Shown here: piece after piece, positions 25,713 to 35,146 of the stretch
Numbering within the stretch: the stretch's first letter is position 1
Layout of the letters: every line of letters begins with the position of its first letter
DNA from: Bacteroidota bacterium
Lineage (GTDB): Bacteria > Bacteroidota > Ignavibacteria > Ignavibacteriales > Melioribacteraceae
Length of the DNA: 64,000 bases
NCBI GenBank assembly: GCA_023453125.1
Contig: JAEXUB010000108.1
Location: 4,694-68,693 of the forward strand
Direction: 5' to 3'
Translations under genes and position numbers: made by a program
The notes under the pieces: model-generated
The model's input: the letters and a program-made list of their open reading frames with translations, nothing else
The model's database searches: none
What the model was told of the DNA's origin: nothing

Positions 25713-28103
25713 ATGAGCTTCAAACAATTCATCGAGGCATATTTAATGCTGATTTTATTAACGTTTCTTTCTCTCTGCACCGCATCAACGGCACAGGAAA
25801 AACCGAACAATTCACGATATTTCGAAACCATTAGCGAAGACGGTGCCTGGTGCTGGTTTTCCGACCCGAGAAGCATATTTCTTGAAGGGGCAAAAAAGCA
25901 GATAATTGCAGGGTACGTTACAAGCTCCGGATCTATTGCCGTTAGCTCGGTTAATACCGAAACAGGTGAAAAGCGGGAAACGATTATTCATAAGGATTTC
26001 CTAAAGGACGACCACGCAAATCCGAGTTTTCTAATTCTTCCTGACAGAAGGATTATGATATTTTATGCACCCCACGGAGGAAATGGGAGCAAGATCTATT
26101 ACAGGACAACATTAAAATCGGAAGATATTTCCGACTGGGGAGAACTGGGAACAATATCAGCAAATACACCGGGCAATTCGGGTATTACTTATACCAATCC
26201 GGTTATGCTATCAGGAGAAAACAACAGGATTTATCTATTCTGGCGCGGAGGGAATTACCAGCCTTCGTTTGCCTATTCCGATAATTTCGGCAGCACCTGG
26301 TCATCTCCTCAGACACTAATTCAGTCTTCACGGCTTGATTTGAAACGTCCTTATATTAAAATAATTTCAGACAATAAAGATGAAATCCACTTCGCATTTA
26401 CCGACGGGCATCCCCGCAACGAACCCCTTAACAGCATTTATTATATGAAATACAGGAAAGGCTTTTTTTACAGCGCCGGGGGGAAAAAAATCGGTTCAAT
26501 TACCAAACTCCCGATTGAACATAAATCCGCCGACGTAGTTTTTAACGCTGCAGAGAATTACAAAAAGACCGGCAACGGTACCAGAGGATGGATCTGGGAT
26601 ATTGCTATAAATAAGTCTGGAAATCCAGTACTTGCCTATACTCTTCTCCCCGAAGAAACTTCGCACCGGTATTATTATGCCCTTTACAATGGAAAAGAAT
26701 GGGTAAATAATTTTGTTGCAAAGGCTGGCAAGGCTTTTCCACGAATTAACCTTCTGAAATCGGAAAGAGATCCGGAGCCCCATTATTCAGGTGGAATTGC
26801 AATTGACCATAGCGATCCTTCAATATTATATCTCTCCCGCCCGGAAAAGGACATATTCGAAATTGAAAAATGGACAACATCAAACGGCGGAAAGGATTGG
26901 AGCAGAGAGGCAATTACATCAAACTCCCTTAAAGATAATGTGAGGCCTTTTGTAGTTAGGTATGCACCGGCTGAAATTAAAGGGAGAGTTATCTGGATGT
27001 ACGGCGACTATAAACACTATACAGATTATTCCACTGCAGTTAAATCAAGCACCGCAAGGCAGAAACCATTGGATGCGTTTACAAAAGAATCTATTTTCAA
27101 TGCTATGAAATCGGTTGCTGATTGGCAGATTCAGGAGCCGCTAAGATATGATCTAACGGAGTGGACAACAGGAGCCCTTTTTGCCGGAATGGTTGAATGG
27201 GCAAAGATTGCAGGAACAGAAAAATATTTTAACTGGCTTATGGAAAAGGGAAATCAGGCCAGATGGCGACTCGGCAACAGGATCTATATGGCAGACGACC
27301 ACTGTGTGGGACAAATGTATATTGAAATGTTCCGCAAATACGGGGACAAAAAGATGATAGGCAATCTTCAATCCCGTTTCGACTGGATTTTGGGGAACAG
27401 GCAACATATAAGCCTCCGGTTCCAATCCGATTCTGTTACATCCTGTACTGACAGATGGAGCTGGTGCGATGCTATTTTTATGGGTCCTACAGTCTGGACC
27501 AAACTTGCAGCAATTACCGGAAAGAAAAAGTATCTCGATTTTATGGAGCAGGAATTTAAAGCTACTACCGACTACCTGTACGATAAAGAAGAACATCTTT
27601 ATTACAGGGACGACAGATATATCAGTCCCAGGGAGTCAAACGGCAAGAAAGTATTCTGGGGAAGAGGAAACGGATGGGTTCTTGCAGGGCTATCTATAAT
27701 TCTAAACGAACTTCCAAAGGATTATCCGAATAGGAAGATGTTTGAGCAGATTTTTATAGATATGTGCCGAAGGATTGCATCGCTTCAGGATGCAAACGGT
27801 TATTGGCACGCCAGTCTTCTGGATCCCGACAGTTACCCGCAGCCTGAAACCAGCGCAAGCAGTTTCTACGTATTTGCAATTGCCCGGGGTATTAATAATG
27901 GCCTTCTTTCTTCCTGGGAATATAAACCGGTTGTTGAAAAAGGGTGGCGGGCATTAGTAAAAACAATACACCCCGAAGGGAAATTGGGTTTTGTTCAGCC
28001 GGTTGGAGAATCTCCTAAAAATGTAACGGAAGATATGACTGAAATTTACGGTGTTGGTGCTTTTCTTCTTGCAGGAACCGAGGTAATAAAATTGGTCAAA
28101 TAA
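25713..28103 (+). CDS. Secreted two-domain enzyme: N-terminal BNR_4-like beta-propeller fused to C-terminal GH105 unsaturated uronyl hydrolase
   Basis: Signal peptide. The N-terminal ~440 aa carry DGAWCWFSDPRSIF, YSDNFGSTWS and FAFTDGHPRN, which are beta-propeller/BNR_4-like. The C-terminal ~350 aa carry RWSWCDAIFMGP, FWGRGNGWVLAG, ETSASSFYVFAIARG and GVGAFLLAG (GH105/GH88). Confidence 0.75.
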   Translation: MSFKQFIEAYLMLILLTFLSLCTASTAQEKPNNSRYFETISEDGAWCWFSDPRSIFLEGAKKQIIAGYVTSSGSIAVSSVNTETGEKRETIIHKDFLKDDHANPSFLILPDRRIMIFYAPHGGNGSKIYYRTTLKSEDISDWGELGTISANTPGNSGITYTNPVMLSGENNRIYLFWRGGNYQPSFAYSDNFGSTWSSPQTLIQSSRLDLKRPYIKIISDNKDEIHFAFTDGHPRNEPLNSIYYMKYRKGFFYSAGGKKIGSITKLPIEHKSADVVFNAAENYKKTGNGTRGWIWDIAINKSGNPVLAYTLLPEETSHRYYYALYNGKEWVNNFVAKAGKAFPRINLLKSERDPEPHYSGGIAIDHSDPSILYLSRPEKDIFEIEKWTTSNGGKDWSREAITSNSLKDNVRPFVVRYAPAEIKGRVIWMYGDYKHYTDYSTAVKSSTARQKPLDAFTKESIFNAMKSVADWQIQEPLRYDLTEWTTGALFAGMVEWAKIAGTEKYFNWLMEKGNQARWRLGNRIYMADDHCVGQMYIEMFRKYGDKKMIGNLQSRFDWILGNRQHISLRFQSDSVTSCTDRWSWCDAIFMGPTVWTKLAAITGKKKYLDFMEQEFKATTDYLYDKEEHLYYRDDRYISPRESNGKKVFWGRGNGWVLAGLSIILNELPKDYPNRKMFEQIFIDMCRRIASLQDANGYWHASLLDPDSYPQPETSASSFYVFAIARGINNGLLSSWEYKPVVEKGWRALVKTIHPEGKLGFVQPVGESPKNVTEDMTEIYGVGAFLLAGTEVIKLVK

Positions 28104-28126
28104 AAACCGACCTTAATTTTCGAATA

Positions 28127-28158
28127 AACCCTGAAACTAAAGCTTCAGGGTTTTTAAT
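28127..28158 (+). terminator. Terminator hairpin overlapping the 3' end of the convergent MFS gene
   Basis: AACCCTGAA / TTCAGGGTT, a 9-bp stem with an 8-nt loop, followed by TTTAATTT on the plus strand. Confidence 0.6.
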
Positions 28159-29378
28159 TTAGGCGCAAGCTTATATACCGCCCCTACCACGCCCAGTGTC
28201 ATACTCCCTCCGAAAATTACAGAGGGCACAAGTCCCAGCAATTTGGCTGCCACCCCCGATTCGAAGGAACCAAGTTCATTTGATGAACCGATGAATATGC
28301 TGTTTACCGATGAAACCCGTCCGCGCATTTCATCCGGAGTAAAAAGCTGAATAATCGTACTTCTTATAATTACACTCACATTATCAAACATTCCCCCTAT
28401 CAACAGCATCATAAAAGAAAGAATAAAATTCTGCGATACTGCAAATAGAATTATAGTAACACCAAAACCTGCCACGCATATAAGGAGATTCCTTCCGGCA
28501 TTACGGAACTGCGGCTTATGCGCCTGATAGAAAGACATTATTATGGCGCCAATTGCCGGGGCGGCTCTTAATATTCCCAGACCTTCTGCACCGGTCTTTA
28601 GAACCTGGTCGGCAAAAATGGGAAGAACAGAAACAGCACCGCCGAAGAATACAGCAAACATATCCAGGCTTATTGCGCTAAGGATTATCTGATTATTAAA
28701 CACAAATTTTATCCCCGCAGTAAGACTCTGGAAAATTGTTTCCTTCTTTTCCTTTGCGGGAACCGGCCTGCTTTTAACTCGAAACAGGAATACGAGTCCC
28801 AGCATTATAAAGAAAATCACGAGACCGTATGCGCTGCTGAATCCAAGGAATCCGCATACAAGCCCTCCAATGGCAGGCCCGGCTACGGCTGCTATCTGCC
28901 AGGCTACGCTGTTCCAGGTGGAGGCGTTTCCCATCAGCTCCCTTGGAATAAGCTGGGCAAAGAGGGCGCTCTGAGCCGGAGACATTAAACCGCGCGCCAG
29001 TCCCGTAAAAAATATTATTACAAATATGGGAAAAGTGCCGCCGCCTAATACTTCCCGGTTAAAAAAAGTAGTTACTGAAAAAAGCACAATAATACAGATA
29101 AAATAGAGGAATACGGCATTTATTATTATTGTTTTTCTGTTTTTAATATCTGCCAGATGCCCCGCAAAGAGAGCCACAAAAAGAAACGGGACAGCTTCGG
29201 TCAGCCCTATCATGCCTAAAGAGAGTGCGTCCCGGGTAAGATGATAAATGTGCCATCCAACAACGACCGACTGCATCTGAATTGCAATCGTAAAAAGGAA
29301 GCGGGCATAAATAAATCTTCTGAAATCGGCAATTTTTATAGCGGCGTAGGCATCGCCTGTATTTAGCTGAGGCTCCAT
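28137..29378 (-). CDS. MFS transporter (EntS/MFS_3-like)
   Basis: 413-aa protein with ~12 predicted TM helices and an MFS_3-like N-terminus (FRRFIYARFLFTIAIQMQSVVVGW). Confidence 0.8.
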   Translation of the reverse strand: MEPQLNTGDAYAAIKIADFRRFIYARFLFTIAIQMQSVVVGWHIYHLTRDALSLGMIGLTEAVPFLFVALFAGHLADIKNRKTIIINAVFLYFICIIVLFSVTTFFNREVLGGGTFPIFVIIFFTGLARGLMSPAQSALFAQLIPRELMGNASTWNSVAWQIAAVAGPAIGGLVCGFLGFSSAYGLVIFFIMLGLVFLFRVKSRPVPAKEKKETIFQSLTAGIKFVFNNQIILSAISLDMFAVFFGGAVSVLPIFADQVLKTGAEGLGILRAAPAIGAIIMSFYQAHKPQFRNAGRNLLICVAGFGVTIILFAVSQNFILSFMMLLIGGMFDNVSVIIRSTIIQLFTPDEMRGRVSSVNSIFIGSSNELGSFESGVAAKLLGLVPSVIFGGSMTLGVVGAVYKLAPKLKTLKL

Positions 29379-29379
29379 A

Positions 29380-29886
29380 TTAAATCTCTATTTCCATTGG
29401 ATCTTTTTCCGTGGGCACAATTCTCCACTCATTTTCATCTTTATCGAAATCCGTAATTTTTTCCAGGGGTACTTTCAGATATTTGCCCGAAGCGGTAACC
29501 GCAACTTCGCCGCTGCCAAGTACAATTTCCCCGGTTCCTTCAAAAAACCGGCTGTTCTCCGATGTAATTCTCCCGATTACTTTAAGCTCTTCATTTAGGG
29601 GAACAGGCTTTTTGTAATTTACATTCAGTTCAATTGTAACCCCCCAAACCTCAGTTTCATATTTATTAAGAATTGCCCTCCCAATAGTTTCATCCAATAT
29701 TGCCGAGGCAATTCCGCCGTGAAGCCGTCCCGGATAACTCTGATGCTCTTCCGAAGGGGTAAAAACCGCAATAAGCTCATTTTCCTTTGTAATATAAAAG
29801 TGCGCTTTTATGCCGAATCTGTTTTTTAGTCCGCATACAAAACAGAGTTTGGAATTATGCTGCTTTCCTACTATATGGTGAATCAT
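29380..29886 (-). CDS. Hotdog-fold (PaaI/4HBT-like) acyl-CoA thioesterase
   Basis: Contains CFVCG...GRLHGGIASAILDETIGRA. There is a 1-nt gap to the MFS gene. Confidence 0.7.
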   Translation of the reverse strand: MIHHIVGKQHNSKLCFVCGLKNRFGIKAHFYITKENELIAVFTPSEEHQSYPGRLHGGIASAILDETIGRAILNKYETEVWGVTIELNVNYKKPVPLNEELKVIGRITSENSRFFEGTGEIVLGSGEVAVTASGKYLKVPLEKITDFDKDENEWRIVPTEKDPMEIEI

Positions 29887-30164
29887 TTATCCCTCATCAT
29901 TTACTCTGCAAAAATAAGAATAACGCCCAATTAAGATGAATTTTTTCCATTATTTTTTATTAATGAGAAAACGGGAAATGCATCAGCATTACTTCCAATT
30001 CTAATAATTTAACAGTTAATTTAATTTCCGGTTGCTGCCTAAATTTTGAATCAACATTTTTCTTCTAAATTGCTTTTTTAATTGTGGAATTATCTATTTT
30101 ATATATCATCAAATAATTCATTGCGCCTTATAACGTTATAACATAACAATAAATAATTACAACA

Positions 30165-32306
30165 ATGGAGGGCTGTACATTGAAAAGGATTACAAAATTG
30201 TTAACGGGCATTGCCGCAATTTCGGCATTATTGCTTTCATTAACTGCCGCGCCGGTTCACGGGCAGGACAGACTAAAAAAAATGCCCGGCTACGAGCAGT
30301 ATCAGAAAATGGCTTCGCAGATTCCCGGCTCAGTCAAATACGGAACTATTATGCCCAACTGGAAAGAGGATGGCAAATCATTCGATTATATGTTCGGAGG
30401 CAAAAAATTCACTTATGATCTTTCAAAGAAGAAAGCCATAGAAGCAGGGGATGCCCCTGCAGGACAGGGAGACCGTCCGGCAATGAGGCCCGGAGGCAGA
30501 AGAGGTAATGTTGCCGGTATGGGACCGCGCCCTGAAAGAGGCCGCCAGTGGACTGTTGCATTAAGCCCGGACAAAAAATTAAAAGCTTTCTATCAGGATA
30601 GAAACCTTTGGATTTCGGACAGCGCAGGTACAAATAAATACGCTGTTACAACCGAAGGAAACGAGAAAGAGAGAATTAAATTCGGTACAGCAAGCTGGAC
30701 CTACGGAGAGGAACTTGCTCAAACTACGGCAATGTGGTGGTCCCCCGACAGCAGAAAGATTGCTTACTATAAATTTAACGAAGCCGGAATGCCCGATTAC
30801 TATCTGCAGTATCATCAGCTCAGACTGTATGATTCCTGCGAAGTTGAACCATACACTAAAGTGGGTGCTAAAAATCCGGTTGTTGACATTTTCATTTATG
30901 ACGTCAATACCAAATCAAAAATTCAGGTTGATGTAAGAGACGGAAAACCATTCGACGACCACGTAACAGGGCATTATATTTATGATATATTCTGGACAGA
31001 TGACGGAAAGGAATTAGTATTCCACCGCACAAACAGACTCCAGAACGTAATGGAATTATGCGCTGCAGACCCGGCTACAGGAAAAGTAAGGGTAATAATA
31101 AGGGAAGAACAGCCGCAGAGTTTTACCGAAAATTCCCCTACGATGCAGTTTCTGCAGGATAAAAAAAGATTTATCTGGGAATCTGAAAGAACCGGATTTA
31201 AGAATTATTATCTTTATGATCTAAGCGGAAAACTTTTAGCGACTTTGACAAACCATCCATTTGAAGTTTCAGGCATTGTTAAAGTTGACGAAGAGAGCAA
31301 GACATTATACTACTATGCCCGCAGCGGCGAAAACCATATGAAGGTTCAGTTCCACAAAGTGGGCTTGGACGGCAAAGGGGATAAACGCCTTACTGATCCT
31401 AACTTTAATCATTCCGTTAATATTTCTCCCGATAATAAATATTTTATTGATGTAGCCCAGACACACGATAATCCTCCTTTCTCACAGCTTGTTGATATGA
31501 AAGGAAAAGTAATTGAAGTACTGGCTAAGAGCGATATGACCAAATTCGAACAGCTCGGCATTAAAAAGACCGAATTAATTAAATTCAAATCTGCCGACGG
31601 TGAATGGGATTTATACGGAATGCTTAATTTCCCTTCGAATTTTGATCCTTCCAAAAAATATCCGGTACTTGTAAGTGTCTACGGAGGCCCGGGCACAAAT
31701 GCTGCAAGCGAGCAGTTCAGAACACCAAGTGCGCTGACCGAATACGGATTTATTGTCGCCTCTTTCGATTCACGCGGCTGCGCACAAAGGGGAAAGAAAA
31801 TTGCTGATGAATTATACGGCTGGATGGGTACAGTTGAAATGGAAGACCAGGCTGAAGGAGTTAAATCTCTTTACAGCAGACCTTACATCGATAAAGAAAG
31901 AGTCGGAATTTTCGGGACTTCATACGGCGGTGCCTCTTCTGCAACCTGCCTCCTCAAATTCCCCGATATATTCCAGGCTGCCTGTGCAAATTCAGGAGTA
32001 TACGACTGGCGCAATTATGACAATATTTATACCGAGCGCACAAACGGCACAATCGAAACCAACAAAGCAGGTTACGATAAAGGCAATCCCATGAACTATG
32101 CCCAGAACCTTAAAGGAAGATTAATGCTTTTCTACGGGACTTCCGATAACAACGTGCACCCGGCCAATACAATGCAGCTTATTGCAGCGCTTCAGAAAGC
32201 CGGCAAGAGCTTCGAGGTTCAGGTCGGACCCGATATGGGGCATACGGCTCTTAACACTGCCAGAATGATGGAATTCTTTATTGAAAACCTTGTCCTGAAT
32301 AAGTAA
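30165..32306 (+). CDS. Dipeptidyl-peptidase IV (S9B prolyl oligopeptidase family), secreted
   Basis: DPPIV_N-like propeller region (WSPDSRKIAYY). The catalytic triad context is FGTSYGG, GTSDNNVHP and GHT. Confidence 0.88.
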   Translation: MEGCTLKRITKLLTGIAAISALLLSLTAAPVHGQDRLKKMPGYEQYQKMASQIPGSVKYGTIMPNWKEDGKSFDYMFGGKKFTYDLSKKKAIEAGDAPAGQGDRPAMRPGGRRGNVAGMGPRPERGRQWTVALSPDKKLKAFYQDRNLWISDSAGTNKYAVTTEGNEKERIKFGTASWTYGEELAQTTAMWWSPDSRKIAYYKFNEAGMPDYYLQYHQLRLYDSCEVEPYTKVGAKNPVVDIFIYDVNTKSKIQVDVRDGKPFDDHVTGHYIYDIFWTDDGKELVFHRTNRLQNVMELCAADPATGKVRVIIREEQPQSFTENSPTMQFLQDKKRFIWESERTGFKNYYLYDLSGKLLATLTNHPFEVSGIVKVDEESKTLYYYARSGENHMKVQFHKVGLDGKGDKRLTDPNFNHSVNISPDNKYFIDVAQTHDNPPFSQLVDMKGKVIEVLAKSDMTKFEQLGIKKTELIKFKSADGEWDLYGMLNFPSNFDPSKKYPVLVSVYGGPGTNAASEQFRTPSALTEYGFIVASFDSRGCAQRGKKIADELYGWMGTVEMEDQAEGVKSLYSRPYIDKERVGIFGTSYGGASSATCLLKFPDIFQAACANSGVYDWRNYDNIYTERTNGTIETNKAGYDKGNPMNYAQNLKGRLMLFYGTSDNNVHPANTMQLIAALQKAGKSFEVQVGPDMGHTALNTARMMEFFIENLVLNK

Positions 32307-32320
32307 AATATTTTAGGAAA

Positions 32321-32347
32321 AAGCCCGTCAGCTGACGGGCTTTTTTA
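32321..32347 (+). terminator. Rho-independent terminator after the DPP-IV gene
   Basis: GCCCGTCAGCTGACGGGC, a perfect 7-bp stem with a 4-nt AGCT loop at 32323..32340, followed by T6. Confidence 0.85.
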
Positions 32348-32506
32348 ATTCATACATTGACTCCTATTTTCCCCCGAATAAATTAAACTCCTCCCCTTTT
32401 TTTTCGATATTATAGTCTATATCTTCTAATGTTGGTTTGGGATGCTCAGGCACTCTTTCAGCTCTTAATTTAATGGTCGTTTTTTTCATTTAAATAGAAA
32501 TATGCC

Positions 32507-34573
32507 ATGAATATTTTATTTACAAAGGTGAAAAATATAATTGCGCAGGGAACAGGATTTCTTTCAGCCGCAAAATTAAAGAGCTTATTCTTTTTATTAA
32601 TAATCATTATTAACGCCTCCCCTTTATTGAGGGCCCAGGATAGGGATACTCTAACCCTTGATAATGTGATGAAACTTTCACTTGAAGATCTTCTTGACGT
32701 AAAAGTTAAGGTTTCCACTTCCCTTCCCACCAGGCTTTACGGTTCACCGTCAACCGTAACTGTTATTGACAGAAATATTATCGAAAAATATAATTTTCTT
32801 TCGGTAGCCGAGGCAATTAGGACAATTGCCGGCGTTGAGATTCTGCAATCGAATCTTGATGTCAATATTCCAACCTTCAGAGGCGTTCTTCAGAATTTTT
32901 ATGCAAACAAGCTTCTCCTGATGGTTAACAACATCCCAACCTGGCAGCCTCTTTACGGCAATGGCACAATTGACAGAATAAGCATTAATGATATTGAAAG
33001 GATAGAAGTCCTTAAAGGACCAGCTTCAGTGCTATACGGCACCAACGCATTCAACGGAGTAATAAACATTATAACCCGCGAAGCTGGAGAAAACAGCATT
33101 TATGCCAGAATTACAGGCGGAATTCCATACACCGGATCAGCATCAGTAAATTTAAACTATTTCAGCGAGGGGTTTCATCTCTTTTTATCCGGCAGCAGCG
33201 AATATGAAACCAGCGAGCCTTACAAGATTAAACTTGCTCCCGATATTACCAGCTATGGGCAAACCTCCAGATACGGAAACGACACTCTTATTAATTTCTC
33301 AGAAGACACAAGAAAGTTTTCTTTTAGTCTTTTTTCCAAATATGAAGGACATTCGTTATTCCTTAATTTCTTCGGCCATACTTATAATTTCCCGGGAGTT
33401 TCTCTCTCCTATGCTACGGGGGGAGGGCATCCTCTTTTCAACAAAGGTACCATGGCAGGATATAAATTTGAGGCAGACCTAAATAACGAGGTTAAGTTCC
33501 TGCTGGATCTAAATTATGATTATTTCTGGCGTTATTATACTCAGAATGCCGATGAAACAAGCGGAATCCGTCTATCAGGCGACAGGTTTATGGGAGCATT
33601 AAAAACAATATACTCCTTTAGCGAGACTATAAGCAGTGAATTTGGCGCCGATATACAGTACGGGCGCTGCTTAGGGCACTATAACCTAGATCCGAGAACC
33701 GACTTTATTACAAATATTAATCTGGACAACTCAAAGAATATGACAGAATGGTCTATGTTCCTTCAGACTTATTTTGATTACAGATGGATTACTTTCTCGG
33801 GGGGAATTAGATATACAGGCAATGAAACATTCGGCAGCAACATATCGGGACGGCTTTCGGCAAACATCAACATAAACAAATTCAACACATTAAAGTTTAA
33901 TTTTGGACAGTCATTCAGAACACCCAATCTCTTAGAACTCTATTTCAACCATTGGACCATAGTCGGAAATCCAAACCTGAAACCGGAACTAAATAATACA
34001 TTTGAAATTTCATATCTCTTTGGCTTAGACAATTTACTCGCTCAAATTACGGGATATTATTCCTCCTACAGCAGCCTGATACAGAGAATACGCACTTCCG
34101 ACAACCTCTCTGTGCCTGCGACATACCGGAACGTTTCCGATTTTGATGCCAAGGGACTGGAAGTGGAAATTAAGTATGACAATCCTTCTTTTATTAACTG
34201 CTTCCTTAATTACAGTTATGTGAGCGGAGAGGGTCCTGCCGCATATTCAAATTTCCGGTTTGTTCCAGCTCATACTGTTTCGGCCGGAATCAACAAATCA
34301 TTTAATGCATTCTTCATTTCGGCCAATCTGCATGCTTATTCAGAAACAGACGGACTGCTGGGTACAATATCCGGGCAGATGCTTGCCGACCTTCATTTAG
34401 GATATAAGCATAAATTCGGCGGAGTTAGTTTAATTCATACAATTTCAATTAAAAATCTTACCGAAAGCGATATGCTGATTCCGGAGTACATAAGACAGCG
34501 CCCCACAATTAACACCTTACCTACAGCCGGGGCCGGAAGAAGATTAGTCTATACTGTAAATCTAAATATATAA
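32507..34573 (+). CDS. TonB-dependent outer-membrane receptor
   Basis: Signal peptide, the plug block IERIEVLKGPASVLYGTNAFNGVINIITR, and a long beta-barrel with aromatic/Gly repeats. Confidence 0.85.
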   Translation: MNILFTKVKNIIAQGTGFLSAAKLKSLFFLLIIIINASPLLRAQDRDTLTLDNVMKLSLEDLLDVKVKVSTSLPTRLYGSPSTVTVIDRNIIEKYNFLSVAEAIRTIAGVEILQSNLDVNIPTFRGVLQNFYANKLLLMVNNIPTWQPLYGNGTIDRISINDIERIEVLKGPASVLYGTNAFNGVINIITREAGENSIYARITGGIPYTGSASVNLNYFSEGFHLFLSGSSEYETSEPYKIKLAPDITSYGQTSRYGNDTLINFSEDTRKFSFSLFSKYEGHSLFLNFFGHTYNFPGVSLSYATGGGHPLFNKGTMAGYKFEADLNNEVKFLLDLNYDYFWRYYTQNADETSGIRLSGDRFMGALKTIYSFSETISSEFGADIQYGRCLGHYNLDPRTDFITNINLDNSKNMTEWSMFLQTYFDYRWITFSGGIRYTGNETFGSNISGRLSANININKFNTLKFNFGQSFRTPNLLELYFNHWTIVGNPNLKPELNNTFEISYLFGLDNLLAQITGYYSSYSSLIQRIRTSDNLSVPATYRNVSDFDAKGLEVEIKYDNPSFINCFLNYSYVSGEGPAAYSNFRFVPAHTVSAGINKSFNAFFISANLHAYSETDGLLGTISGQMLADLHLGYKHKFGGVSLIHTISIKNLTESDMLIPEYIRQRPTINTLPTAGAGRRLVYTVNLNI

Positions 34574-34599
34574 TTTGGTTCAATACAGGTTATCATACT

Positions 34600-35145
34600 A
34601 TGGCATTTAATAAAAAACCGGCCTTTGCAAAAAGCACCTTTATAACAATGATTCTATTAATTGTTTTTACGGGACGCTCATTTTCGCAAAGCAATGAATA
34701 TCTTGTAAAAGCGGCTTACATAGAAAAATTTGCCCGATTTACCGAATGGCCGGCCAGGGCGCTGGAAGGGAAATTTATAATTGCCATCCTGGGCAAAGAT
34801 CCTTTTAACGGGGCTCTTAAAGATATAGCCGGAAAAGAAAAAATTAAAGGGCTCCCGGTAGAGGTACAGATTATCAATGACATATCGGAGCTTGGAAGAT
34901 GCCATATACTTTTCATTGCCAAAGAAAGGGGGAACTCCCTTAATCAAATTCTTTCTCATCTGGGCTCACGGCACATTCTTACCGTAAGCGACTCAAAAGA
35001 TTATTCCGAAAAAGGAGTGCATTTTAACTTTTACTTTACCGATAAAAGCACGATTCATTTTGAAGTTAATCCGTCAAGCTTAAAAAAATCGGGATTAAAT
35101 ACTGATATGTATCTTCTTCAGTTCGGCAAAAAGGTTGGAGGCTGA
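34600..35145 (+). CDS. YfiR-like periplasmic protein (DUF4154)
   Basis: The signal peptide is followed by YLVKAAYIEKFARFTEWP, CHILFI and VHFNFY...IHFEVN, the pattern I associate with DUF4154/YfiR. Confidence 0.75.
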   Translation: MAFNKKPAFAKSTFITMILLIVFTGRSFSQSNEYLVKAAYIEKFARFTEWPARALEGKFIIAILGKDPFNGALKDIAGKEKIKGLPVEVQIINDISELGRCHILFIAKERGNSLNQILSHLGSRHILTVSDSKDYSEKGVHFNFYFTDKSTIHFEVNPSSLKKSGLNTDMYLLQFGKKVGG

Positions 35146-35146
35146 T

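Noticed and set aside
30128-30141. Perfect 14-bp palindrome TTATAACGTTATAA 24 nt upstream of the DPP-IV start
   Set aside because: It is short and AT-rich inside a 278-nt AT-rich leader. It could be an operator, but chance occurrence or -10-like sequence is equally plausible, and nothing else in the window repeats it.
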